From positions 1 to 37,275 of IMG/VR virus record IMGVR_UViG_3300025066_000069: DNA of 37,275 bases; one strand, 5' to 3'. This document shows positions 29,074-36,666 of this stretch, piece after piece. Each line of letters opens with the position of its first letter. Within the stretch, counting starts at the first letter, position 1. This DNA is from a virus. Its lineage: Duplodnaviria; Caudoviricetes. Both the position numbers and the translations under genes were made by a program. The notes under the pieces were generated by a model. That model saw nothing but the letters and a program-made list of their open reading frames with translations. It was not told the DNA's origin and did no database searches.

Positions 29074-29975
29074 CGCCCCTCCAGGTTCGGCCGCAACCAC
29101 ACGAAGTCGTCGTCGTCCATGACGTCCCCTGCGTCTCTTCGGCGCGCCATGTACCTCGACTTTCGGGCCTTCCTCCATGTGTCGATCTCGCACTTGAGCC
29201 GACGCGGCGTGCGGCTACCGAGCGTGTCCTTCGCCAACTGGACTTGAGCAGCCCAGTCCTCGAACTGCTCCGGCGTCAGGGCGACGTTGGCGTCAGGGCC
29301 CTTGCCGAGCGTGACGTGCTTCTCGACCCACTGCGCCCCGAGGGCGACGGCCATCTGTGCAACCAGCGCGCCCTTCGTGTGGTCGGAGTAGCCGACGAGG
29401 TCGTCCCGGCTGGCGACGTGGTCCATGAGCCACTCGACACGCCTGACGTGCGCCGCCTCCTCCTCGCATGGGTACGCGGACGTGCAGGCGAGCCAGACTG
29501 TCCCGGCGTCGTTGCCCTCTTCGGCGACCCACCCGCCGGCGCGGTGAATCTCCTTCGGCGTCCCCATCCCCGTCGAGACGAAGAGCCAACCCCGCGTTGC
29601 CGCCACCCGCCTTGCCGCCGCGCGCACGGTCCGCTCGTCCGTCAGTTCCCCGGAGCCGATCTTGAGGTTGACGAACTTGAGGGCGGCGGCGAGCTCGACG
29701 GCGTCGGGGCTGAACACGCTGACGAGAGGCTTGACGCCCGGGAGAGCGTCCACATGCGCTTTCGCCTCCTGGTGCTGGTTCAGCGACCACTCCAACGCCT
29801 CAAGCATCTTGTAGTGCTCCGGGTCGTGGTGCCGGGACACCAGCGAATCGGTCAGGTACATCTGCCACTTGATGAAGCGGACGCCCGGGACGGCGTGAAC
29901 GGCGTCAGCGATGCGCTTGAACTCATCGACGCTACCGCCATGCTCGCAACCGATTTCGGCGATCAGGTTTGCCAC
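29070..29975 (-). CDS. neuB: Nonulosonic acid synthase (NeuB/LegI family), C-terminal SAF domain truncated
   Basis: [42 protein letters not shown] and GPD. GTG start after a GGAGG RBS. Confidence 0.93.
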   Translation of the reverse strand: MANLIAEIGCEHGGSVDEFKRIADAVHAVPGVRFIKWQMYLTDSLVSRHHDPEHYKMLEALEWSLNQHQEAKAHVDALPGVKPLVSVFSPDAVELAAALKFVNLKIGSGELTDERTVRAAARRVAATRGWLFVSTGMGTPKEIHRAGGWVAEEGNDAGTVWLACTSAYPCEEEAAHVRRVEWLMDHVASRDDLVGYSDHTKGALVAQMAVALGAQWVEKHVTLGKGPDANVALTPEQFEDWAAQVQLAKDTLGSRTPRRLKCEIDTWRKARKSRYMARRRDAGDVMDDDDFVWLRPNLEGR

Positions 29976-30916
29976 TTGTCCTCCTTCCACTCACGAATCG
30001 CAGAGACGCAGCGTGCAGCCGAACCCCCGTCTCCGTAGTGCTTGCTTGACGGGTAGCGGCCCGCCTCCAGCGCAGCCAGGACAGCCGCGCGAATGGTCTC
30101 TGCGTCGTTCGGCACCGTGACAACGGACGGGGCCGCGTGTCGCCCCTCCTGCCTGTCGCCGACGTTGACACTTGGGATGCCGAGATAGGGAGCTTCTAGG
30201 ACTCCACAGCTGGAGTTTCCGACGACGGCGGATGCGCGGGCGAGCAGCCGGATGAACTCCTCGCGGGGGAGCCTCTCTGTGTCTTCGTGGTTTGCGCCGA
30301 CGTCTGGGGCAGACCCGAACCAACGGACAGTCGCCGGGACATCTAGGAGCGCGTCGAAAACAGCCTGAGATACGTCCTCGCCTGTCGCAGTGGCGGGTCG
30401 GCACATGACCAGGACGAGGCCCATCGGCTCGGCCTCCGTCCCGAGGAGGGGCTTGATCTCGTCCAGAGACGTCGAGCCCACCGTGCGGACCATGACGTCG
30501 AGCTCCCTGAACCCGAACTCAACGCGGTCGTCAGCTTCGTGGTCGCCGCACAGGACGAGGTCGGACGCAGCCGTGATTTGCCAGCGGAACGTGTTGTCCG
30601 CACTTCCTCGCGTTTCGTCGCCGCCAAACAGGTGGATCAGCGGAATGCGGAGCAGCGTGCAGGCGGTCGTCACGGCGAGAATCTCGAACCGATCCCCGCA
30701 CACAAGCACGGCGTCGTACCCCGGCAGCGCGTGGACGGCCCACTGCTGCACGATCGCGAAGATGGACGAGATATCGGCTGGCGTGTGCCCCTTCCAGTCG
30801 CGACACGGCGCCTCGAGCAACGTGGCTTCGCACCACGACTCGTCGCGGAAAACTCGCTCGATTGGCTGGAGGTAGCCCACGTCTGCATGGCTACCTGTGA
30901 CGATGGCGAGGTTCAC
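29963..30916 (-). CDS. neuC: Hydrolysing NDP-sugar 2-epimerase (NeuC/LegG family)
   Basis: IVTGSHAD, GDRFEIL, HLFGGD.T.GS.D..FR, VVGNSSCGVLEAP, VNVGDRQEGR and YGDGGSA. Confidence 0.9.
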   Translation of the reverse strand: MNLAIVTGSHADVGYLQPIERVFRDESWCEATLLEAPCRDWKGHTPADISSIFAIVQQWAVHALPGYDAVLVCGDRFEILAVTTACTLLRIPLIHLFGGDETRGSADNTFRWQITAASDLVLCGDHEADDRVEFGFRELDVMVRTVGSTSLDEIKPLLGTEAEPMGLVLVMCRPATATGEDVSQAVFDALLDVPATVRWFGSAPDVGANHEDTERLPREEFIRLLARASAVVGNSSCGVLEAPYLGIPSVNVGDRQEGRHAAPSVVTVPNDAETIRAAVLAALEAGRYPSSKHYGDGGSAARCVSAIREWKEDKWQT

Positions 30917-31902
30917 TTCACCCTCCCGTTCGGGAGCAGGATCGTCCTCGAGGTCCATTCAACCTCTTCATGGTCATAGGGCCCCGCGAAGGGAGCCATC
31001 GCTCCTAGTGGAGCGAACGACATCCGGGCTTCGATGTTGTGCTTGTTCAGGGTGGCGACAACGAGCCGTGCGAGGGAGCGGTCTTCAAGCGTCACAGGGA
31101 CCAGCCAAGCGTTCCAGCCGTCAGGGATGGGCCAGACTTCGCAGTCAAAAGGCTCGAGCGCGCGACGGTAGGCTTCGGCCCGCTCCTGCTTCTGTTCGAC
31201 GATGAGGTCGATCCGCCGCACCTGGCCGAGCAGGAGGGCGGCGTTGATGTTCGCCATCCTTGCGTTGTAGCCCTGCCGTTGGTGCCAGAAGCCGAACATC
31301 TCGGCAGTGCGCGCTTGCCCCGACCACTCGACGGCGGACTTGTAGACCCATTCGTCGTCGGTAAGAAGAGCTCCGCCTTGTCCAGCTGTGACGATCTTGC
31401 TCTGGTTGAAACTGAAGCACACGGTTGTTGCGTGCAGTCCTGCCCACTTTGTGCCGAACGCCTCGCAGGCGTCTTCGATGCCAGATTCCGTAGCAACCCG
31501 ATAACCGAACAGGGAGACAGAGAGGTCGCACTCCTGAGACCACTCAGCGCGAGAGAACTTCTGACTCCCGTAGTCGAGACGCGCCCCGGTGGCGAGGACT
31601 GCATTCGCAGTAGCGGCGTAGGTCACAGGTGGGATGACGACCTTCCGGCCTTCGGCGGCGCCGTGGGCAACAAGCGCTGCGTGCAAGGCAGTCGTGCCCG
31701 AGCTCGTCAGCAAGCAGTACCCTTTGCCGGTCTCGCGACATAGCGCGGCAGCAAGAAGCGCCTGCTCGATCCCTTCTCCGACTTCAGCACTAGCCGCGCG
31801 TTGACGGTCTTCGTCTTCGATGAAGGGTTCGTGCATCCGAGCTTTCACCCCGATGACGGAATGGACCGCTCGAGTGAACTCGATGTCGAAGTCTTTGTTC
31901 AC
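30913..31902 (-). CDS. legC: LegC-like PLP-dependent sugar aminotransferase (DegT family)
   Basis: MHEPF, SSGTTALHAAL, EDACEAFG, SFNQSKIVT (PLP lysine) and GYNARMANINAAL. GTGA overlap with legB. Confidence 0.85.
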   Translation of the reverse strand: MNKDFDIEFTRAVHSVIGVKARMHEPFIEDEDRQRAASAEVGEGIEQALLAAALCRETGKGYCLLTSSGTTALHAALVAHGAAEGRKVVIPPVTYAATANAVLATGARLDYGSQKFSRAEWSQECDLSVSLFGYRVATESGIEDACEAFGTKWAGLHATTVCFSFNQSKIVTAGQGGALLTDDEWVYKSAVEWSGQARTAEMFGFWHQRQGYNARMANINAALLLGQVRRIDLIVEQKQERAEAYRRALEPFDCEVWPIPDGWNAWLVPVTLEDRSLARLVVATLNKHNIEARMSFAPLGAMAPFAGPYDHEEVEWTSRTILLPNGRVK

Positions 31903-32855
31903 AACACCCTCCCAGTCGGCAACGAGTCCAGCCGAGGCCGCAAGTAGTTGGCGATGTCTGCGATTGTGTTCTGGAGCGGAACCTCTGGCTCCCACCCGAG
32001 GTGGCCGAACGCCAGGCGGGCGTTGCAGATGAGGCGTTGGACTTCGCTTCGCTCCGGGCGGGCGTACTCTTCGGACAGCACGGGCACGAGCGTCTTGCCG
32101 AGGGTGAATCCAACAACGTCAACGAGTTCAGTCAGCGACCACCCCTTGCCGCTCCCGATGTGAATGACCTTGCCGCGGAGCTCGGACTCTCCGAGCAGCC
32201 GAAGGCCGCGCACGGTGTCTCGCGCGTCCGTTAGGTCTCTGACTGCGTGCAGGCTCCCGAGTTTGATCTCGGTCTCGCCGCGGAGCACCTGGCCGATGAT
32301 GTTCGGGAGCACAGCGCGGAGAGACTGTCTGGGGCCGGTCGTGTTGAAGCACCGTGCGACCACCACGTTGCAGTCGTCGAACGACTTGTCGAAAGAGAGG
32401 CACAAGCCCTCGGCGGCCAGTTTGCTCGCCGCATACGGAGACTGTGGATTGAGGGGGTGCTTCTCGTCCTGGGGAACTCGCTGGGCAGTCCCGAGCACTT
32501 CTGAGGTGCTCATGTGTACGAGCCGGCATCCGTGCCAACGCGCAGCAGCAAGAGCGTTCAGTGTCCCTCCTGTATTCACGTCCAGGTGCAGCCACGGGCT
32601 CGCGTAGGAGCTCGGGATCGACACGATCGCAGCCAGGTTGAAGATGATGTCACACCCTGTCGCGATCCTCTTCAGCCGGTCCTGGTCCCTCACGTCCCCG
32701 AACACGACCTCGCAGTCGACCCCCCGAAGGTGGCCCGGGTTCGAGTCCCTGTTGTAGTGAACCAACGCCCGCACATCCCACCCCTCTTCAAGCAGATGCT
32801 CGACAAGGTGGCTGCCGATGAATCCTCCGGCTCCTGTGACAAGGGCCCTGATCAC
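31899..32855 (-). CDS. legB: LegB-like NAD-dependent NDP-GlcNAc 4,6-dehydratase
   Basis: VTGAGGFIGSHL, LAAIVSIPSSY, STSEV, PQSPYAASK, FNTTGPRQSLRAV, IKLGSL and RPERSEVQRL. Confidence 0.88.
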   Translation of the reverse strand: MIRALVTGAGGFIGSHLVEHLLEEGWDVRALVHYNRDSNPGHLRGVDCEVVFGDVRDQDRLKRIATGCDIIFNLAAIVSIPSSYASPWLHLDVNTGGTLNALAAARWHGCRLVHMSTSEVLGTAQRVPQDEKHPLNPQSPYAASKLAAEGLCLSFDKSFDDCNVVVARCFNTTGPRQSLRAVLPNIIGQVLRGETEIKLGSLHAVRDLTDARDTVRGLRLLGESELRGKVIHIGSGKGWSLTELVDVVGFTLGKTLVPVLSEEYARPERSEVQRLICNARLAFGHLGWEPEVPLQNTIADIANYLRPRLDSLPTGRVL

Positions 32856-33037
32856 CTTCCCTCTCCCTTCGACATGCCCGCTCGAAACTCGGCGTCAGCC
32901 TGGTGCCATCCGCTGTTCCATGCGATGCGCTCCCACGTCCTCGGCTTGTGCGGGTTGTCGGACAACTTCTTGCCGTCCGTCCATGCCCGCCACCCGTCTT
33001 CGCGAGCCGCGCGTTCCTTGTCGGCCTTGAATCTCAC
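32852..33037 (-). CDS. Rmf/CrpP-like small protein
   Basis: EDGWRAWTDGKKLSDNPH.....RIAWNSGW matches the G..A...G.....NP.......W..GW pattern. Confidence 0.65.
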   Translation of the reverse strand: MRFKADKERAAREDGWRAWTDGKKLSDNPHKPRTWERIAWNSGWHQADAEFRAGMSKGEGR

Positions 33038-33279
33038 CGCGCCACCCCCCTGACAGCCGCCGCCAAAATGTTGACGGCTTCGGCGTCGCAGTCCATGAGG
33101 GCCCCGGCGACGATGGTTCGCTCGCGGTGGTCAGAGATCCCCAGGTTGTTGAGGATCTCCCCGATCGGGTTGTTCGTCGTCGTGGCCCGGTAGATCCCAA
33201 GCCGCCGCATGACTCTGGCGGGGTCGGCGCATTCGGGGCTAACGCTGCGGAAGCGTGCGAGGTCTTCGTCTGTGTTCAC
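33034..33279 (-). CDS. Hypothetical protein
   Basis: GTG at 33279 with a GGAGG RBS and GTGA overlaps on both sides. Confidence 0.6.
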   Translation of the reverse strand: MNTDEDLARFRSVSPECADPARVMRRLGIYRATTTNNPIGEILNNLGISDHRERTIVAGALMDCDAEAVNILAAAVRGVAR

Positions 33280-33593
33280 TTTTCCTCCGAGATAGCGTTG
33301 AAGTGGATCCGTCGCCGGCAGTGCGGGCAATTCATGGAGTCGCGCCCCACAGGCAGGATGTATGAGCGGCCATCGTCCCAGCATCGCGCGAGGCGCTTGA
33401 CTCTCCCTGACGCCAGGCGGCGACGTTTGTAGGCCCCTGGGATCCCAGCTGCGCGCCGCACGACTGCAACGGACTCGTAAGAGATGCAGTACTCCAGGGC
33501 CAGCGCGTCATCGGTGAGTACTCCTTCGGGGTCTTCCTTGAGCCGGGTTGCGATCTCAGCATCTCGGCGCTTGCGGTCGTCGTTTTTGGGCAT
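33276..33593 (-). CDS. Putative HTH plus zinc-ribbon DNA-binding protein
   Basis: TDDALALEYCISYESVAVVRRAAGIP is HTH-like, followed by CWDD...CPHC. Confidence 0.55.
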   Translation of the reverse strand: MPKNDDRKRRDAEIATRLKEDPEGVLTDDALALEYCISYESVAVVRRAAGIPGAYKRRRLASGRVKRLARCWDDGRSYILPVGRDSMNCPHCRRRIHFNAISEEK

Positions 33594-33597
33594 CTGC

Positions 33598-33942
33598 CTA
33601 GAATGGCAGGGCCGCAGGGCTAGGGAGGTGAACAAACTCCGACTCCCCGCGAGTTCGCACCGCCGCCTCGAGCGTTTGCAGCATGAGCCGGTAGCCCATC
33701 TGGCTGAACCGCCAGCCCGAGGCTTCGTGGTACGCCTGCGAGGCCGAGCTTTGGTCTTTCCATCCAAGGTCAGCGGCGATCTCCGCGAACGTCATCTTGT
33801 AGATTTCCCGCATAAGCAGGCAGGCTGTCGCCTTCGCTCGCTTTGCGTTGTTGCCGGCCTTCTTTCGATAAGTGCGGCGTAGGTGGTCCGGCCTAAGCCC
33901 GTAGACGTCGGCAGCGAGGGCAACGATGGTCGCGTCGTTCAT
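33598..33942 (-). CDS. DnaA C-terminal-like helix-turn-helix protein
   Basis: IVALAADVYGL...RAKATACLLMREIYKMTFAEIAADLGWKDQSSA resembles DnaA domain IV. Confidence 0.75.
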   Translation of the reverse strand: MNDATIVALAADVYGLRPDHLRRTYRKKAGNNAKRAKATACLLMREIYKMTFAEIAADLGWKDQSSASQAYHEASGWRFSQMGYRLMLQTLEAAVRTRGESEFVHLPSPAALPF

Positions 33943-34109
33943 CGCCCCCCCCTCTCCTGGTAGAGCCTTGCGGCATCGACCACGTACCTCTGGAACAGCT
34001 GCGGGGCTTTAAGCACGAGCTCTTTGAACTGGGGCCGGGTCAACTTGTTGCCCTTTCCCGCGCTTCCGTTGAAGCCTTGCCACGCTCGGTTGAAGACGGA
34101 GGATTTCAT
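33939..34109 (-). CDS. 56-aa hypothetical protein (not in the ORF track): MKSSVFNRAWQGFNGSAGKGNKLTRPQFKELVLK...
   Basis: Translated by hand. ATGA overlaps with both neighbours and a GGAGG RBS. Confidence 0.65.
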   Translation of the reverse strand: MKSSVFNRAWQGFNGSAGKGNKLTRPQFKELVLKAPQLFQRYVVDAARLYQERGGR

Positions 34110-34540
34110 CGCTCACCTCCCGCCGCCGCTTCCAGGGCCATCGCGAGGGCGCGGCGGGGGTTGGTCTCGGCGCAGTCGAAGGTCCACACCATCGACACGC
34201 CAACCCACAAGCCCCACCGGGTCACGCCGCCCGCCTGTGCAACCGCCCTCCACACCGGCGCGCAGTCCGGCTGCGGCACGTCAGGCGCCACGAGGTGGAG
34301 CAGGGCGCGGCAGGCGTGGCTGAGGCAGCCGGTGGTGATGTCGAGGTGGAGAGCCGACGTGGGCCATGACCACGGGTCGTGGCTGTGGCCGTCCTGCGCC
34401 ACATAGCCGAACCCTGCCCGGTGGTGCGGCAGGAGGTAGCCGGGCCCGTTGTTGGGCGAATCATTCGGGACGACGAACGAGCCATAGGCCCACTCCCCCG
34501 GCGGCAGGACCCCAGCGGGCCCGAGAATGAGCGCGCTCAC
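34106..34540 (-). CDS. Hypothetical phage protein
   Basis: GTGA-coupled to the upstream gene. Trp-rich, ending RRALAMALEAA. Confidence 0.6.
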   Translation of the reverse strand: MSALILGPAGVLPPGEWAYGSFVVPNDSPNNGPGYLLPHHRAGFGYVAQDGHSHDPWSWPTSALHLDITTGCLSHACRALLHLVAPDVPQPDCAPVWRAVAQAGGVTRWGLWVGVSMVWTFDCAETNPRRALAMALEAAAGGER

Positions 34541-35040
34541 GGCGTCCACCCGTTCTCGGCGCAGAGGGCGCGCGTGTTTGCAAGCGTTGCGTGCGACACA
34601 TCCCGCGCCTCACGGAAAGATGAGGCCGACGCGGCTTCATCAGACTCGATCACGGCGTGCCGTAGCCACGCCACCGCCCGCCCCTCATCCGTCACGCACT
34701 CCTCAGCGGGCTTGCCGGCGAGGGCTTGCTGGACTTCACCGACGATGCGCTGGAACGGCCTGACCGCGAAGGCAACCTCACCGTCAACGTCCCGCGCGGG
34801 CTGGCTCAGGGCGCTCTCCAGATCCCGCACCCTCTCCCGCAGCGCCTCCAACTCGCCGGGCTTCTGGAGCCAGCGCCACTCAACGCAGCTGTCTTCCTCC
34901 CCGGGGTTCCATGCGTAGTATGCGGTCCCGCTTGTGCGAGGGTCCCCGCCCTTGACGCGCACCCGAACCCCCTGCCCGGCGTGCTCGGCGCGCTCGGGGT
35001 ATGGGGCAGTCCGCCACTCGTCCCACTTCGGCTCGTTCAT
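34537..35040 (-). CDS. Hypothetical phage protein
   Basis: GGAGG RBS, ATGA overlap and a short coiled coil. Confidence 0.6.
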   Translation of the reverse strand: MNEPKWDEWRTAPYPERAEHAGQGVRVRVKGGDPRTSGTAYYAWNPGEEDSCVEWRWLQKPGELEALRERVRDLESALSQPARDVDGEVAFAVRPFQRIVGEVQQALAGKPAEECVTDEGRAVAWLRHAVIESDEAASASSFREARDVSHATLANTRALCAENGWTP

Positions 35041-35423
35041 GACGCCCTCCTGACGATGAACTTGCCCCGCTTCATGTAGGAGGACCCGTCGTAGTAGACG
35101 GTCCTTGTGACGACCTCTCGGTAGGAGTCTCCTTTGCGGACATAGTTGTCCGAATGGTTTCGCCGGGCTGTGCGAACCTTGTTCGAGACCGTCTTCCAGA
35201 ACTCCCCGTCGCTGAACGTGTAGCCGTTGGCGCGGAGCCGCTCCGCAAGTTCGTCGTCGTAGAGACTGGTGTCTTCGTTCGCCTGGCAGGCCGGACAGAC
35301 TCCTTCCGGGGAACAGTCGTCAGACTCCTCCCCGCAGACATTGCAGTCGTCGTAGTACCAGGCGTCACACGGTCCGATGCAGCGACAGTGTGGCGCTGTG
35401 CATTTTGAGCGGATACTCCCCAT
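35037..35423 (-). CDS. Cys-rich (zinc-binding) hypothetical protein
   Basis: GGAGGA RBS. CTAPHCRCIGPC, CNVC and CPAC. Confidence 0.65.
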   Translation of the reverse strand: MGSIRSKCTAPHCRCIGPCDAWYYDDCNVCGEESDDCSPEGVCPACQANEDTSLYDDELAERLRANGYTFSDGEFWKTVSNKVRTARRNHSDNYVRKGDSYREVVTRTVYYDGSSYMKRGKFIVRRAS

Positions 35424-35452
35424 ACAGTCCTCCTGCCCCGTGGCGGTGGGGC

Positions 35453-35482
35453 CGCCCCTCCTCCGTCTCCAGAGGAGGGGCG
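35453..35482. promoter_or_regulatory. Perfect 11-bp inverted repeat in an intergenic gap
   Basis: CGCCCCTCCTC (35453-35463) and GAGGAGGGGCG (35472-35482) with an 8-nt loop. Confidence 0.6.
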
Positions 35483-35488
35483 AGTAGT

Positions 35489-35683
35489 CTACTTCGTCGC
35501 GGCCTGGAGTTCCTCGCGGCAGGCGTCACCGAACCACTGCTTTTCCTCGGGGGAAAGCGCCTTGAACTCCTGCATGAAGTCGCGGCTCGGGTTGGAGACC
35601 GGCGTGCCCGTCTCGTCGATGGTCCTGGAGCCGAAAAACTCCTTGATGGCCTTGGCGTTGCCCATGCTCTTGTAGTCGCTCAT
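35489..35683 (-). CDS. 64-aa hypothetical protein, first gene of the leftward run
   Basis: ATG at 35683 with a GGAGGA RBS and strong codon bias (MSDYKSMGNAKAIKEFFG...). Confidence 0.7.
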   Translation of the reverse strand: MSDYKSMGNAKAIKEFFGSRTIDETGTPVSNPSRDFMQEFKALSPEEKQWFGDACREELQAATK

Positions 35684-35773
35684 TTTCTCATCCTCCTGCG
35701 AGCCAGCGGGCCCGACGTTCAAGACCCTACAGCCCCATGCCGGAAAACCACAAGCGGAATCCGCAGATTCCCC

Positions 35774-35809
35774 AAAGACGAACGGCCAGCCCCGAAGGAC
35801 CGGCCGCTC
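35774..35809 (-). terminator. Intrinsic terminator-like hairpin with a cUUCGg loop
   Basis: Minus strand reads GAGCGGCCGGTCC-TTCG-GGGCTGGCCGTTC-GTCTTT. The 13-bp stem is fully paired only on the minus strand (3 G-U pairs). Confidence 0.7.
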
Positions 35810-35924
35810 GCTAGCTACTGGAGGAGGAGAGGGCCCGGCGGATCTTGGGGGGAAACCGGGCACAATGACCAGTAGCAAGACGTCGGGTCAACAGGCCGCC
35901 ACCCTCGCCGTGCGTCGTGGCTTG

Positions 35925-35989
35925 AGACTGCCCGTGCTTCGGCAGGTTCGTCAAGCCGCTTGTAGATACCGCGCCGCGTCGTGTACTGT
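35925..35989. promoter_or_regulatory. Possible back-to-back sigma70-like promoters
   Basis: Plus strand TTGTAG(35960)-18 nt-TACTGT(35984). Minus strand TTGACG(35954)-18 nt-CAGTCT. Both sit at the strand switch. Confidence 0.35.
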
Positions 35990-36150
35990 CTGAACGTCCG
36001 AATAGGACAAGCCCCCGGGCGACTTTGCACTCGCCCCCTCTCCCCTCGCCCGGGAGGGGGGGCCGCAAAGCGGGGGCCGCAAAGTCGCGGCGAGACCCCC
36101 TCTCCGCAGTAGAAACTCAACCGCCCGCCAGGGCGTGTGCGGAGGTGCGC

Positions 36151-36666
36151 GTGGACAGTGCAAGGGTGTGGGAAGGGGTTGTGATCGACCCCGAGAAGTA
36201 CAGCAACGAACATCGCGACCTACTCCGAAACAGTCACTACTTGGCGAAGCCCCCGCCGGGGGCCTTCTTCTGCCTCGGCGTTCGCAGGGGGCAGCCGGGG
36301 CTTGTTGGTCCCATCGGCACTGGGCCGTTGTTGGGCTGTGTGCTGGTCGGTCGCCCCGTCGCCCCAAAACTCCCGCAGGATGGGACGGTCGGTGAGATCA
36401 CCCGTCTCGTACTCACCCCCGGGCTTCCTTACGCAACAGCTTCCGCCGTCCTGCGACGAGCGGCCGAGGTGGCGAAGAGCCGCGGGATGGAGTCGTTGAT
36501 CTCCTATCACGACCGTACGCGGCACACGGGCTGCATCTACAAGAAGGCAGGTTTCCGAAAGGACGGGAGGTCCCCCGGTAAGCCGACGTGGGGCAACCGA
36601 CCAGGGCGTAGCAGTCACGACAAGGGGACAACCCCAAAGCGCCGCTGGCGGCTGGAGATCGTCTGA
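36151..36666 (+). CDS. Mom/XF1762-family GNAT DNA-modification protein
   Basis: SHYL, VGRPVA, EITRLVL..GLP...AS, LISYHDRTRHTGCIYKKAGF and KRRW. GTG at 36151 after GGAGG. Confidence 0.8.
   Translation: MDSARVWEGVVIDPEKYSNEHRDLLRNSHYLAKPPPGAFFCLGVRRGQPGLVGPIGTGPLLGCVLVGRPVAPKLPQDGTVGEITRLVLTPGLPYATASAVLRRAAEVAKSRGMESLISYHDRTRHTGCIYKKAGFRKDGRSPGKPTWGNRPGRSSHDKGTTPKRRWRLEIV

Noticed and set aside
27944-32855. Host LPS/capsule locus flanking a prophage end
   Set aside because: The cluster is flanked by phage genes on both sides, overlaps a small phage ORF, and has no flippase, polymerase, att site or integrase that I could see.
35684-36150. ORF-track proteins across the divergent intergenic region, and tRNA genes
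   Set aside because: The ORFs lack RBS or coupling and read as low-complexity Pro/Arg/Gly. No cloverleaf or T-loop consensus was seen.
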